Assembly (NCBI RefSeq): GCF_000016745.1
Contig: NC_009483.1
Span: 2,670,001 to 2,702,000, forward strand
Reading direction: 5' to 3'
From: Geotalea uraniireducens Rf4
GTDB lineage: Bacteria > Desulfobacterota > Desulfuromonadia > Geobacterales > Geobacteraceae
DNA: 32,000 nucleotides
This document shows, piece after piece, positions 20,399 to 27,489 of the stretch; the first letter of the stretch is position 1, and every line of letters starts with the position of its first letter. The translations under genes and the position numbers were made by a program. Below the pieces are notes generated by a model. That model saw nothing but the letters and a program-made list of their open reading frames with translations. It was not told the DNA's origin and searched no databases.

Positions 20399-21847
20399 TT
20401 ACCATGTTACCAGCCCGACCGCTCTTTGCAGGATCAAGCGCGCATCATTTATATCGATAACGCCATCCCCCTGCGGCCGGCTGGATGGATCAAGCGGCCA
20501 GACATCGCCCGTTGACATGATCGACGCTGTTTGCAATGACGGATCCAAGGCAGCACGCAGCACCATCAGGGCATCTGCAATAGCAACAGTGCCGTCACCG
20601 TTCGCATCACCCTTGAGAACCACTGGAGGAGTTACGATATTACTTACCGTTACAGTTACGGCTGTTGCCTGACCGACATTGCCTGCCGCATCGTAGGCTT
20701 TGGCAGTCAGGGTGTAGGAGCCGTTGGCCGCCGAAGCGGTATTCCAGCTGAAGCTGTAGGGGGATGCGGTGTCGGTGGCCATCAGTGAACCGTTCACATA
20801 GAACTCGACCTTGGTCACCCCAACGTTGTCGCCGGAGCTGGCGGTGACCGATGCGGTGCCGCTTACCGTTGCACCGTTTGCCGGCGCGCTGATCGATACC
20901 GTCGGTGCGGTGGTGTCGGCGACCGTGTTGTTTACAGTCACCGTCGCCACGGTGGACTGTCCCACGTTGCCTGCTGCATCGTACGCTTTGGCAACCAAAG
21001 TGTAGCTGCCGTTCGCTACCGCCGCCGTATTCCAGTTATAGCTGTATGGCGCCACATTACCTGCGGACAAAAGCACGCCGTTCGCGTAGAACTCGACCCT
21101 GCCCACCCCGACGTTGTCGCCGGCGCTTGCCGTGATCACCACTGTCCCGCTCACTGTCGTATTGTTGCCGGGTGCCGTCAGGGACACCGTGGGAGCGGTT
21201 GTGTCATTGACGACCGTGACGGTCACAGTGCCCGACTCCCCCACATTGCCGGCGGCGTCGTACGCCTTGCCCATCAACGTATAGCTCCCGGCGGCAAGCG
21301 CTGAGGTGTTCCATGAATAAAGATAGGGAGTAGTCGTGTCCGTGGCCTGCAGTGCCCCATTCACATAGAACTCGACCTTTGTCACCCCGACGTTGTCCGT
21401 GGCGCCGGCAGTGACCGAAACGGTGCCGCTTGCCGCGGCATTGTTGAGCGGGGATGTTAAGGAAACCGTCGGGGGGAGTGATTCAGGTATGGCGACAACG
21501 TTCGAATAGGAGCTTTCCTCGCCGGCAGCGTTGTACGCGGTCACAGCAAAGTAGTAGGCATGGCTCGGGTCGAGGCCGTTGATGGTGGTAGATGTCAGGT
21601 TTTGCACATTGATCGGGGAAGCCCCGCTGGTGGCTCCAGTGCCGCTAAAGGGTTGGGTGGATGAATCCGCCTGGTAATATACCTTATAACCGGTAACGCT
21701 CGGGTCCGTTTCAGGATCCCACTGTAGGGTCACATTGGTTGCAAGGCACGTGGCCTGACCGGCAAAGAAAATGACCAATGCGAATATCATGGCACAGAAT
21801 GATTTGGTTGTAATAAGTTGCCCTCTTGATCCGTTTCCAATATTCAT
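20399..21847 (-). CDS. Secreted FN3 + three Ig-like repeats + C-terminal dockerin-like domain protein
   Basis: Signal peptide MNIGNGSRGQLITTKSFCAMIFALVIFFAGQATCLA, then FN3 (VTLQWDP...GYKVYY...YYFAVTAYN). The unit DNVGVTKVEFYVNG...YDAAGNVG occurs three times. The C-terminus GDANGDGTVAIADALMVL...GDGVIDINDARLILQRAVGL is dockerin-like (Ca-binding). The start ATG at 21845-21847 follows GGGAG. Confidence 0.8.
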   Translation of the reverse strand: MNIGNGSRGQLITTKSFCAMIFALVIFFAGQATCLATNVTLQWDPETDPSVTGYKVYYQADSSTQPFSGTGATSGASPINVQNLTSTTINGLDPSHAYYFAVTAYNAAGEESSYSNVVAIPESLPPTVSLTSPLNNAAASGTVSVTAGATDNVGVTKVEFYVNGALQATDTTTPYLYSWNTSALAAGSYTLMGKAYDAAGNVGESGTVTVTVVNDTTAPTVSLTAPGNNTTVSGTVVITASAGDNVGVGRVEFYANGVLLSAGNVAPYSYNWNTAAVANGSYTLVAKAYDAAGNVGQSTVATVTVNNTVADTTAPTVSISAPANGATVSGTASVTASSGDNVGVTKVEFYVNGSLMATDTASPYSFSWNTASAANGSYTLTAKAYDAAGNVGQATAVTVTVSNIVTPPVVLKGDANGDGTVAIADALMVLRAALDPSLQTASIMSTGDVWPLDPSSRPQGDGVIDINDARLILQRAVGLVTW

Positions 21848-21869
21848 CTTTATCTCCCATCTTACTGGC

Positions 21870-21905
21870 AATAAAAAGCCGTGTTGTGATTTCCCCACAA
21901 CCCGG
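21870..21905 (-). terminator. Leader terminator (expression platform of riboswitch copy 1)
   Basis: The minus strand reads GCCGGGTTGTG-GGGAAAT-CACAACACGGC (10 bp, 1 mismatch) followed by TTTTTATT. It ends about 22 nt before the start codon. Confidence 0.65.
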
Positions 21906-21959
21906 CGTGCGCTTCATCATGAATAATAAAGTCTGCCGGGCCATTTATACCTGGTTGGT

Positions 21960-22040
21960 ATTTCGGCGACCCGGCTGTCTCGGTGAGACCCTTTAGGCTT
22001 TCCGTCCCATTCTCGCGAATGGTTTAGTATTTTCGTCTAC
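21960..22040 (-). promoter_or_regulatory. GEMM-I (c-di-GMP-I class) riboswitch aptamer, copy 1
   Basis: The minus strand reads GTAGACGAAAATACTAAACCATTCGCGAGAATGGGACGGAAAGCCTAAAGGGTCTCACCGAGACAGCCGGGTCGCCGAAAT. From memory of the V. cholerae Vc2 aptamer it matches AAACCAUUC-GNRA-GAxUGGGACGxAAAGCC ... AGCxGGGUUxCCGA, including the GNRA loop (GCGA) and a CCUAAAG receptor-like segment. Confidence 0.75.
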
Positions 22041-22060
22041 CGCGTTAATTGTTGAATACC

Positions 22061-22103
22061 GTTATAGCCGAAAGCCGCAGATCGACATGTGACAGAAATC
22101 ACT
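22061..22103 (-). promoter_or_regulatory. Class-II-type promoter: CRP-like box plus -10 (copy 1)
   Basis: The box at 22088-22103 reads TGTGACAGAAATCACT (+) and AGTGATTTCTGTCACA (-). Exactly 21 nt separate it from the minus-strand TATAAC at 22061-22066, which centres the box at about -41.5. Confidence 0.55.
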
Positions 22104-22171
22104 AAAGGAATAGTCTTGATTGCAAAAATCGAAACAGGGGCTCTCAAATCCTTGTTGAACAAATAGCGCAA

Positions 22172-22214
22172 CAGATATCACAGCAGGAATACAAAGAATG
22201 TGATGCAAATCACA
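22172..22214 (-). promoter_or_regulatory. Second, perfect CRP-like palindrome with the same 21-nt spacing to a weak -10
   Basis: TGTGATGCAAATCACA (22199-22214) is a perfect TGTGA-N6-TCACA. The minus-strand TATCTG at 22172-22177 lies 21 nt downstream. Confidence 0.4.
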
Positions 22215-22305
22215 AATGAATGGATTTTGGGGGAAAATTCAAATTCGGCAATTAATACCATTGCACTCAAGCAGAAGGGAAACGGATTACTATGAAAATC
22301 GAGAT

Positions 22306-22329
22306 GGGCACAGGATTTCTCCTGTGCCC
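22306..22329 (-). terminator. Intrinsic terminator after the large FN3/Ig gene
   Basis: The minus strand reads GGGCACAGG-AGAAAT-CCTGTGCCC followed by ATCTCGATTTTC. Confidence 0.55.
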
Positions 22330-22359
22330 GTCTGACCATTAATCCCTAAGCCGCATTTA

Positions 22360-24387
22360 TCACTTCCTAACCGTTATGGACGTTGTGTCCATATTGTTGG
22401 CGGCATCGAAGGCATTCACCGTAATCACATGTGACCCTCTCGCGTAGGAATTCGTATTCCAGGTCCATGCCAAGGTATTGGAGGAGGTCGTTACTTTCAA
22501 CACATTGTCGATGTAGAGCGCCATTTTGGTGACCCCGACGTTATCGGAAGCCGAGGCTTTGATTGTGACGTTCGATCGGACTCTCGAACCCGCTGCGGGT
22601 GAGTTGATAGAAACGGTCGGCGGCGTGGTATCGCTTACAAGGATATTGACCGTGGCGCTGACACTTGACGACACTTTTCCTGTCGCGTCTTTTGCCCAGG
22701 CATAGGCAGTATTCGTTCCAGTGCTGCCGAAGGTAAACGAGGTGTTAGGGGAGCTCAACCAATCGCAGTTAGTCGCCGCGTTGGTGGACGTGACACAATA
22801 TGCCGTTACACCCACGTTATCAGTCGCGGCGAATGCTGTAACAGGAATTGTTAAACTGCTTGAGGTCGCGGGCATGGTAAATATTGTCACAGTGGGTGGC
22901 GTGGTGTCAGCCGCCGTACTGTTTACCGTCACTGTCACATTGCCGGACTGCCCCACATTGCCCGCCGCGTCATACGCCTTGGCCGTCAGGATGTAGGTGC
23001 CGTTTGCCACTGCAGTGGCATTCCAGCTGACGGTGTACGGCGAGGCGGTGTCGGTGGCTTGCAGGACGCCGTTCACGTAGAACTCGACCCTGGTCACACC
23101 CACGTTGTCCGAAGCGGAAGTGGAGACCGTAACCGTGCCGCTCACATTCGTATTGCCGGCCGGCGAGCTGATAGAAACGGTCGGCGGCGTGGTGTCGCTT
23201 ACAAGGATATTGACCGTGGCGCTGACACTTGACGACACTTTTCCTGCCGCGTCTTTTGCCCAGGCATAGGCAGTTTTCGTTCCAGTGCTGCCGAAGGTAA
23301 ACGAGGTGTTAGAGGAGCTCAACCAATCGCAGTTAGTCGCCGCGTTGGTGGACGTGACACAATATGCCGTTACACCCACGTTATCAGTCGCGGCGAATGC
23401 TGTAACAGGAATTGTTAAACTGCTTGAGGTCGCGGGCATGGTAAATGTCGTCACAGTGGGTGGCATGGTGTCAGCCGCAGTATTGTTTAACGTCACCGTT
23501 ACATTGCCGGACTGTCCCACGTTGCCCGCCGCGTCATACACCTTGGCCGTCAGGGTGTAGCCGCCATTCGCAACCGATGCCGTATTCCAGTTATAGCTGT
23601 ACGGCGCCACATTACCTGCGGACAAGAGTACTCCGTTCCCATAGAACTCGACTTTGCTCACCCCTACGTTGTCGCCGGCGCTTGCAGTGATTGCCACTGT
23701 CCCGCTCACCGTAGCGTTGTTACCAGGCGCTGTCAGGGACACCGTGGGAGGAGTCGTGTCATTGACGACCGTTACGGAAACATTGCTCGACTGATCGACA
23801 TTACCCGCAGCGTCATATGCCTTGGCCATTAATGTATAGTTACCGGCTGCCAGCGATGAGGTGTTCCACGAATAAATGTATGGGGTCGATGTATCCGTGC
23901 CATTAAGAACGCCGTTCACATAGAACTCGACCTTGGTCACTCCGACGTTGTCGCCGGCGCTGGCGGTGACCGAAAGCGTTCCACTCGCGGTTGTATTATT
24001 GGCTGGGTAACTTAAGGAAACCGTCGGGAGGACCGATTCGGGGACGGTGACTATATTCGAATAGGAACTTTCCACGCCGGAGGTATCATAAGCGCTTACC
24101 GCAAAGTAGTAAGTACGCCCAGGGTCAAGATTGCTGACGGTCGCGGTCGTCTGGTTGCTAACATCCATTGGCGACCCGGTACCGTTAAAAGGAGTTGTGG
24201 ATGAATCCGCCTGGTAATAAACCTTGTAACCCGCAAGGTTGGCATCAGTGTTCGGATTCCACTGGAGGGCCACATTGGTCGCGAAGCACGTTGCTTGGCC
24301 GGCCAGAAAAAAAGCCGACAGGAATATCGTGACCAGGAATAATTTGGACACGAGATGCCCTTTTCTTGTTGCTTTTCCAATACTCAT
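22360..24387 (-). CDS. Secreted FN3 + multi Ig-like repeat protein (paralog of 20399-21847, no dockerin)
   Basis: Signal peptide MSIGKATRKGHLVSKLFLVTIFLSAFFLAGQATCFA, then FN3, then alternating DNVGV...YDAAGNVG Ig-like units and a second Cys-pair domain (TAFAATDNVGVTAYCVTSTNAATNCDW). The start ATG at 24385-24387 follows GGAGAGAG. Confidence 0.8.
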   Translation of the reverse strand: MSIGKATRKGHLVSKLFLVTIFLSAFFLAGQATCFATNVALQWNPNTDANLAGYKVYYQADSSTTPFNGTGSPMDVSNQTTATVSNLDPGRTYYFAVSAYDTSGVESSYSNIVTVPESVLPTVSLSYPANNTTASGTLSVTASAGDNVGVTKVEFYVNGVLNGTDTSTPYIYSWNTSSLAAGNYTLMAKAYDAAGNVDQSSNVSVTVVNDTTPPTVSLTAPGNNATVSGTVAITASAGDNVGVSKVEFYGNGVLLSAGNVAPYSYNWNTASVANGGYTLTAKVYDAAGNVGQSGNVTVTLNNTAADTMPPTVTTFTMPATSSSLTIPVTAFAATDNVGVTAYCVTSTNAATNCDWLSSSNTSFTFGSTGTKTAYAWAKDAAGKVSSSVSATVNILVSDTTPPTVSISSPAGNTNVSGTVTVSTSASDNVGVTRVEFYVNGVLQATDTASPYTVSWNATAVANGTYILTAKAYDAAGNVGQSGNVTVTVNSTAADTTPPTVTIFTMPATSSSLTIPVTAFAATDNVGVTAYCVTSTNAATNCDWLSSPNTSFTFGSTGTNTAYAWAKDATGKVSSSVSATVNILVSDTTPPTVSINSPAAGSRVRSNVTIKASASDNVGVTKMALYIDNVLKVTTSSNTLAWTWNTNSYARGSHVITVNAFDAANNMDTTSITVRK
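22605..23732. repeat. In-frame tandem duplication, period 564 bp (188 aa), inside the CDS
   Basis: Positions 22605-22990 against 23169-23554 are near-identical, with only scattered single-base differences by eye. The antisense ORFs 22721-22996 and 23285-23560 in the track are offset by exactly 564 nt and are nearly identical. Confidence 0.85.
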
Positions 24388-24409
24388 CTTTCTCTCTCCT
24401 TCTCTTGGC

Positions 24410-24446
24410 AATAAAAAGCCGCGTTGTGATTTTCTCAACAACCCGG
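24410..24446 (-). terminator. Leader terminator (expression platform of riboswitch copy 2)
   Basis: On the minus strand, GCCGGGTTGT...ACAACGCGGC is followed by TTTTTATT. It is homologous to 21870-21905. Confidence 0.6.
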
Positions 24447-24492
24447 CTTGCGATATTTTATGAATAAAAAAAGAAGGCCGGGCCATCTAAGC

Positions 24493-24573
24493 ATTTCGGC
24501 GACCTGGCTGTCTCGGTGAGACCCTTTAGGCTTTCCGTCCCATTCTCGCGAATGGTTTAGTATTATCGTCTAC
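24493..24573 (-). promoter_or_regulatory. GEMM-I riboswitch aptamer, copy 2
   Basis: The minus-strand sequence is nearly identical to copy 1. Differences seen are A to T in the 5' tail and GCCGGG to GCCAGG. Confidence 0.75.
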
Positions 24574-24603
24574 ACTTATTGTGTTGATATATTATTGATT
24601 AAC

Positions 24604-24646
24604 GTTATAGCTGAAGACCGTTACCTTATATGTGACAGAAATCACT
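24604..24646 (-). promoter_or_regulatory. Class-II-type promoter: CRP-like box plus -10 (copy 2)
   Basis: The box TGTGACAGAAATCACT at 24631-24646 is identical to copy 1. Exactly 21 nt separate it from the minus-strand TATAAC at 24604-24609. Confidence 0.55.
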
Positions 24647-24718
24647 AAACAATATTAGAAAATCATGTTCCGCTCTTTCTTAACTTTTTCGAAACCGGCC
24701 CATTTATACCAGGTTGGT

Positions 24719-24797
24719 ATTTCGGTGACCCGACTGCATCAAGGAGACCATCCGTATGCTTTCCCCCCTTCGCAAATGGTCTTGAATTATCAGCGAG
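24719..24797 (-). promoter_or_regulatory. Degenerate/orphan GEMM-I-like leader copy (copy 3)
   Basis: The minus-strand 3' half GCAGTCGGGTCACCGAAATACCAACCTGGTATAAATGGGCCGG closely matches copy 1. The 5' half (AAGACCATTTGCGAAGGGGGGAAAGC) has lost P2 complementarity. It lies upstream of the copy-2 promoter, not inside that transcript. Confidence 0.4.
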
Positions 24798-24871
24798 GTG
24801 ATGGATTTGTGATATATTAGATTAAGCAAATAATGCACCCCTTTCGTATCTATTAACCATGACTATTAATC

Positions 24872-26044
24872 ATGAATGCTACAGCTTTTCCCAAAATGAA
24901 GGTTTTTCATTTCATCTCCGGCGATCTCTGGGCAGGCGCCGAAACAATGGCCTTCAATTTGCTCAGGCGCCTGAAGGGCTATTCGGATCTCGACCTTTCC
25001 GTAATCCTCCTCAACGAAGGGAGACTTGCCGACGAATTAAGGAACAGCGGCCTGACCGTTCACGTTATCGATGAAAGGCGATATTCTTTTTGGGAAATTG
25101 TGCGCAGGATCCGAGCGATTCTTCGTTCTTCCCCTCCTCAACTCATCCACTCTCACCGCTACAAGGAAAACATTTTAGCCATCCTGGCAGCCGGACCCGG
25201 AGGGAGCATAAATCTGATCGCCACCCAGCATGGTCTACCGGAATTCGCCGGGAAAAAGCCCCCCTTCGCCGTTCGTTTCAAGTCCAGGGCAAATTTCCAT
25301 ATTCTTTCCCGATATTTTACGAAAACAGTGGCGGTATCCGGAGACGTCCGAAATTTCCTCGTAAATCACTGCGCATTCCGCAAAGAGAACGTCGAGGTCA
25401 TTCACAACGGCATTGAGATACCCAACGCCATGCCGCCCAAGGGTGGAATCGGTTTGTTCGTGATCGGCTCATCGGGTCGTCTCTTTCAGGTCAAGGATTA
25501 CCCGCTCATGGTCGATATTGCCCGGACAATAGCCGATCTCGATGAGGATAACATACGTTTCGAGCTTGCGGGCGACGGTCCTGAGCGCTCCACCCTCGAA
25601 GCGCTGGTCCAGCGCTACGAGCTGCGAAACCGCTTCGTCCTCAAGGGACACCAAGACGACATGGACACCTTTTATCGGGGATTGGACCTCTACCTGAACA
25701 CCTCGGTTCATGAGGGGATACCCATGACCATTCTCGAAGCCCTTGCCCGTGGTCTTCCAGTCATTGCCCCCGCTGTAGGAGGGATCTGTGAAATCATCGA
25801 GAATGGCGTGGAAGGGTTCCTGATAAACGGCCGCCATCCCCATGATTTTGCAGAAAAGTGCCTGCTCCTTCGGGAGAACAAGGAGCTTCGCGAGAGGATG
25901 TCGAAGTCTGCCAGATATAAGGTAGAACAACTCTTTTCCGCAGAAAGAATGGCCGAGAGTTATTACCGGCTCTATTGCCGTACGTCACGCCCCTCGCGTT
26001 TCGGGTGCCTGAATAATTCCGCCTCCATCAGCCGCGCCAGCTAA
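24872..26044 (+). CDS. Glycosyltransferase family 4 (GT-B, RfaG-like)
   Basis: 390 aa. The C-terminal EGIPMTILEALARGLPVIAPAVGGICEIIENGVEGFL is the E-x7-E GT4 signature. The start is ambiguous (24872 or 24896) and no clear RBS is seen. Confidence 0.8.
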   Translation: MNATAFPKMKVFHFISGDLWAGAETMAFNLLRRLKGYSDLDLSVILLNEGRLADELRNSGLTVHVIDERRYSFWEIVRRIRAILRSSPPQLIHSHRYKENILAILAAGPGGSINLIATQHGLPEFAGKKPPFAVRFKSRANFHILSRYFTKTVAVSGDVRNFLVNHCAFRKENVEVIHNGIEIPNAMPPKGGIGLFVIGSSGRLFQVKDYPLMVDIARTIADLDEDNIRFELAGDGPERSTLEALVQRYELRNRFVLKGHQDDMDTFYRGLDLYLNTSVHEGIPMTILEALARGLPVIAPAVGGICEIIENGVEGFLINGRHPHDFAEKCLLLRENKELRERMSKSARYKVEQLFSAERMAESYYRLYCRTSRPSRFGCLNNSASISRAS

Positions 26045-26066
26045 ACACCATCTTAAGGAGTCACCC

Positions 26067-27197
26067 ATGGAGCTCGTCTTTGCCGCATCGATTTTTTGGG
26101 TCTTCCATGCCTATTTCGGCTATCCATTGACCCTCCGCCTCCTCAGCATCAGATGGCGTAAGACGGTGACCAAAGGCTCTTTCCAACCCCCCGTTTCCCT
26201 GATCATCACCGCTTGCAACGAAGAGCGGAGGATCAGGGACAAGATCGGGAACACTATCGCCCTTGACTACCCCCGGGAAAGACTTCAGGTGATAGTTGCC
26301 TCCGACGGTTCCACTGACGGAACTGACGAGATCGTTCGGAGTTATGCCCACAAAGGCATCGCTCTCCTTGCCTTTCCGGAGCGCCGAGGCAAGGAGAGCG
26401 CGCAGAAAGATGCTGTGTTGCACGCCACCGGCGAAGTCATCGTTTTCTCCGACGTTGCGACCCGCCTGGATCCGCACGGACTCAGGGAAATCATCGCCAA
26501 CTTCACCGATCCATCGGTCGGGTGCGTAAGCAGCGTTGACCGGGTTATCGGCCGCGACAGCACTCCCTGCAGTGAAGGCTTTTACGTCAAATACGAAATG
26601 TGGCTGCGGGATTTGGAGTCGCAGGTCAACTCGCTGGTAGGACTCAGCGGGTCCTTTTTCGCCGCGCGCAAGGAGGTGTGTAGTGATTTCTCGGGGGACA
26701 CGCAAAGTGACTTCAGGACGGTTCTAAACAGCATCAGATTGGGACTGCGGGGGGTAAGCGATCCCGACGCCGTCGGCTATTATCAGGATATCTCCGACGG
26801 CAAGCGTGAGTTCGACCGGAAGGTTCGCACCGTGCTCAGGGGATTGACGGTTTTTTTCCGAAACCTCGAATTTCTCAACGTTTTTCGTTACGGCTTTTTT
26901 TCCTACCAGTATTTCTGCCATAAGCTGCTCCGATGGCTGGTTCCTCTTTTCCTGTTTTCCGCTCTGGCGGCTAATGCAGCTTTGAGCCTGAATTCCGGTG
27001 GGTACTCCGTGCTGCTTCTCCTTCACCTTGCCTTTTACGGCATCGCCATCGGGGGGGGACTGGCAAAATCGCCCCCCACACATGTTGCGCTGAAAATCCC
27101 GATATATTTTGTGACGGTCAACACAGCAATTATTGTGGCGTGGTGGCAATATGTCATGGGGAAGAGGATGGTTATGTGGTCACCGTCAGAGCGATGA
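26067..27197 (+). CDS. Integral-membrane family-2 glycosyltransferase (synthase-like)
   Basis: 376 aa with an AAGGAG RBS. N-terminal TM segment, GT-A core (VSLIITACNEE...ASDGSTDGT...VFSDVAT), an HKLLRW variant of Q/RxxRW, then 3-4 C-terminal TM helices. Confidence 0.8.
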   Translation: MELVFAASIFWVFHAYFGYPLTLRLLSIRWRKTVTKGSFQPPVSLIITACNEERRIRDKIGNTIALDYPRERLQVIVASDGSTDGTDEIVRSYAHKGIALLAFPERRGKESAQKDAVLHATGEVIVFSDVATRLDPHGLREIIANFTDPSVGCVSSVDRVIGRDSTPCSEGFYVKYEMWLRDLESQVNSLVGLSGSFFAARKEVCSDFSGDTQSDFRTVLNSIRLGLRGVSDPDAVGYYQDISDGKREFDRKVRTVLRGLTVFFRNLEFLNVFRYGFFSYQYFCHKLLRWLVPLFLFSALAANAALSLNSGGYSVLLLLHLAFYGIAIGGGLAKSPPTHVALKIPIYFVTVNTAIIVAWWQYVMGKRMVMWSPSER

Positions 27198-27294
27198 AAT
27201 GCTGCGGATATTCATCGAAAATGCCGGAAAACATGTGTCATCACTCTGCGGCCATCGTATTATACGGCCTGCACTCCCACCTGCAAGGTGCTGG

Positions 27295-27329
27295 TTAGTT
27301 TCTCATCCGGGGGTTCCGGATGAAACTAA
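27295..27329 (+). terminator. REP-like hairpin / probable terminator after the GT2 gene
   Basis: TTAGTTTCTCATCCGG-gggt-TCCGGATGA-AACTAA. It belongs to the same hairpin family as 29463-29487. Confidence 0.5.
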
Positions 27330-27342
27330 TTAATAGTTTAAA

Positions 27343-27385
27343 TGTGACTTGAATCACAAAGGGCAACTATGGATTATGCTATACA
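27343..27385 (+). promoter_or_regulatory. Class-II-type promoter: CRP-like box plus -10 (copy 4)
   Basis: The perfect palindrome TGTGACTTGAATCACA at 27343-27358 is separated by exactly 21 nt from TATACA at 27380-27385. Confidence 0.6.
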
Positions 27386-27408
27386 TGACACCAGGTCAAC
27401 ATAATCAG

Positions 27409-27489
27409 GTAGACGATAATACTAAACCATCCGCAAGGATGGGGCGGAAAGCCTAAAGGGTCTCACTGAGACAGCCGGGTTGCCGAAAT
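27409..27489 (+). promoter_or_regulatory. GEMM-I riboswitch aptamer, copy 4
   Basis: Reads GTAGACGATAATACTAAACCATCCGCAAGGATGGGGCGGAAAGCCTAAAGGGTCTCACTGAGACAGCCGGGTTGCCGAAAT. P2 shows compensatory changes relative to copies 1 and 2 (CCATTC/GAATGG becomes CCATCC/GGATGG), with GNRA loop GCAA. Confidence 0.78.

Noticed and set aside
21879-21905. TGTGATTTCCCCACAA (and its homolog at 24424-24440), which resembles a CRP half-site pair
   Set aside because: The spacing and second half-site are off (CACAA, not TCACA). The sequence is the stem of the leader terminator and lies downstream of the aptamer.
20400-24400. A highly repetitive region that could superficially suggest a CRISPR or satellite array
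   Set aside because: The repeats are in-frame Ig-like coding units of about 280-564 bp with no short repeat/spacer periodicity. No cas genes are present.
26061-26705. 214-aa minus-strand ORF, together with similar long antisense ORFs at 27660-28361, 28484-29041, 30089-30739 and 30757-31278
   Set aside because: They lie antisense to confidently recognised glycosyltransferase or secreted-protein genes in GC-rich DNA, where stop codons are rare. They have no RBS and no motifs.
27103-27118. TGTGACGGTCAACACA, a near-CRP box inside the 3' end of the GT2 gene
   Set aside because: It has one mismatch in the second half-site, it lies inside coding sequence, and there is no -10 hexamer at the 21-nt spacing. 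It cannot be excluded as an auxiliary site but is not supported.
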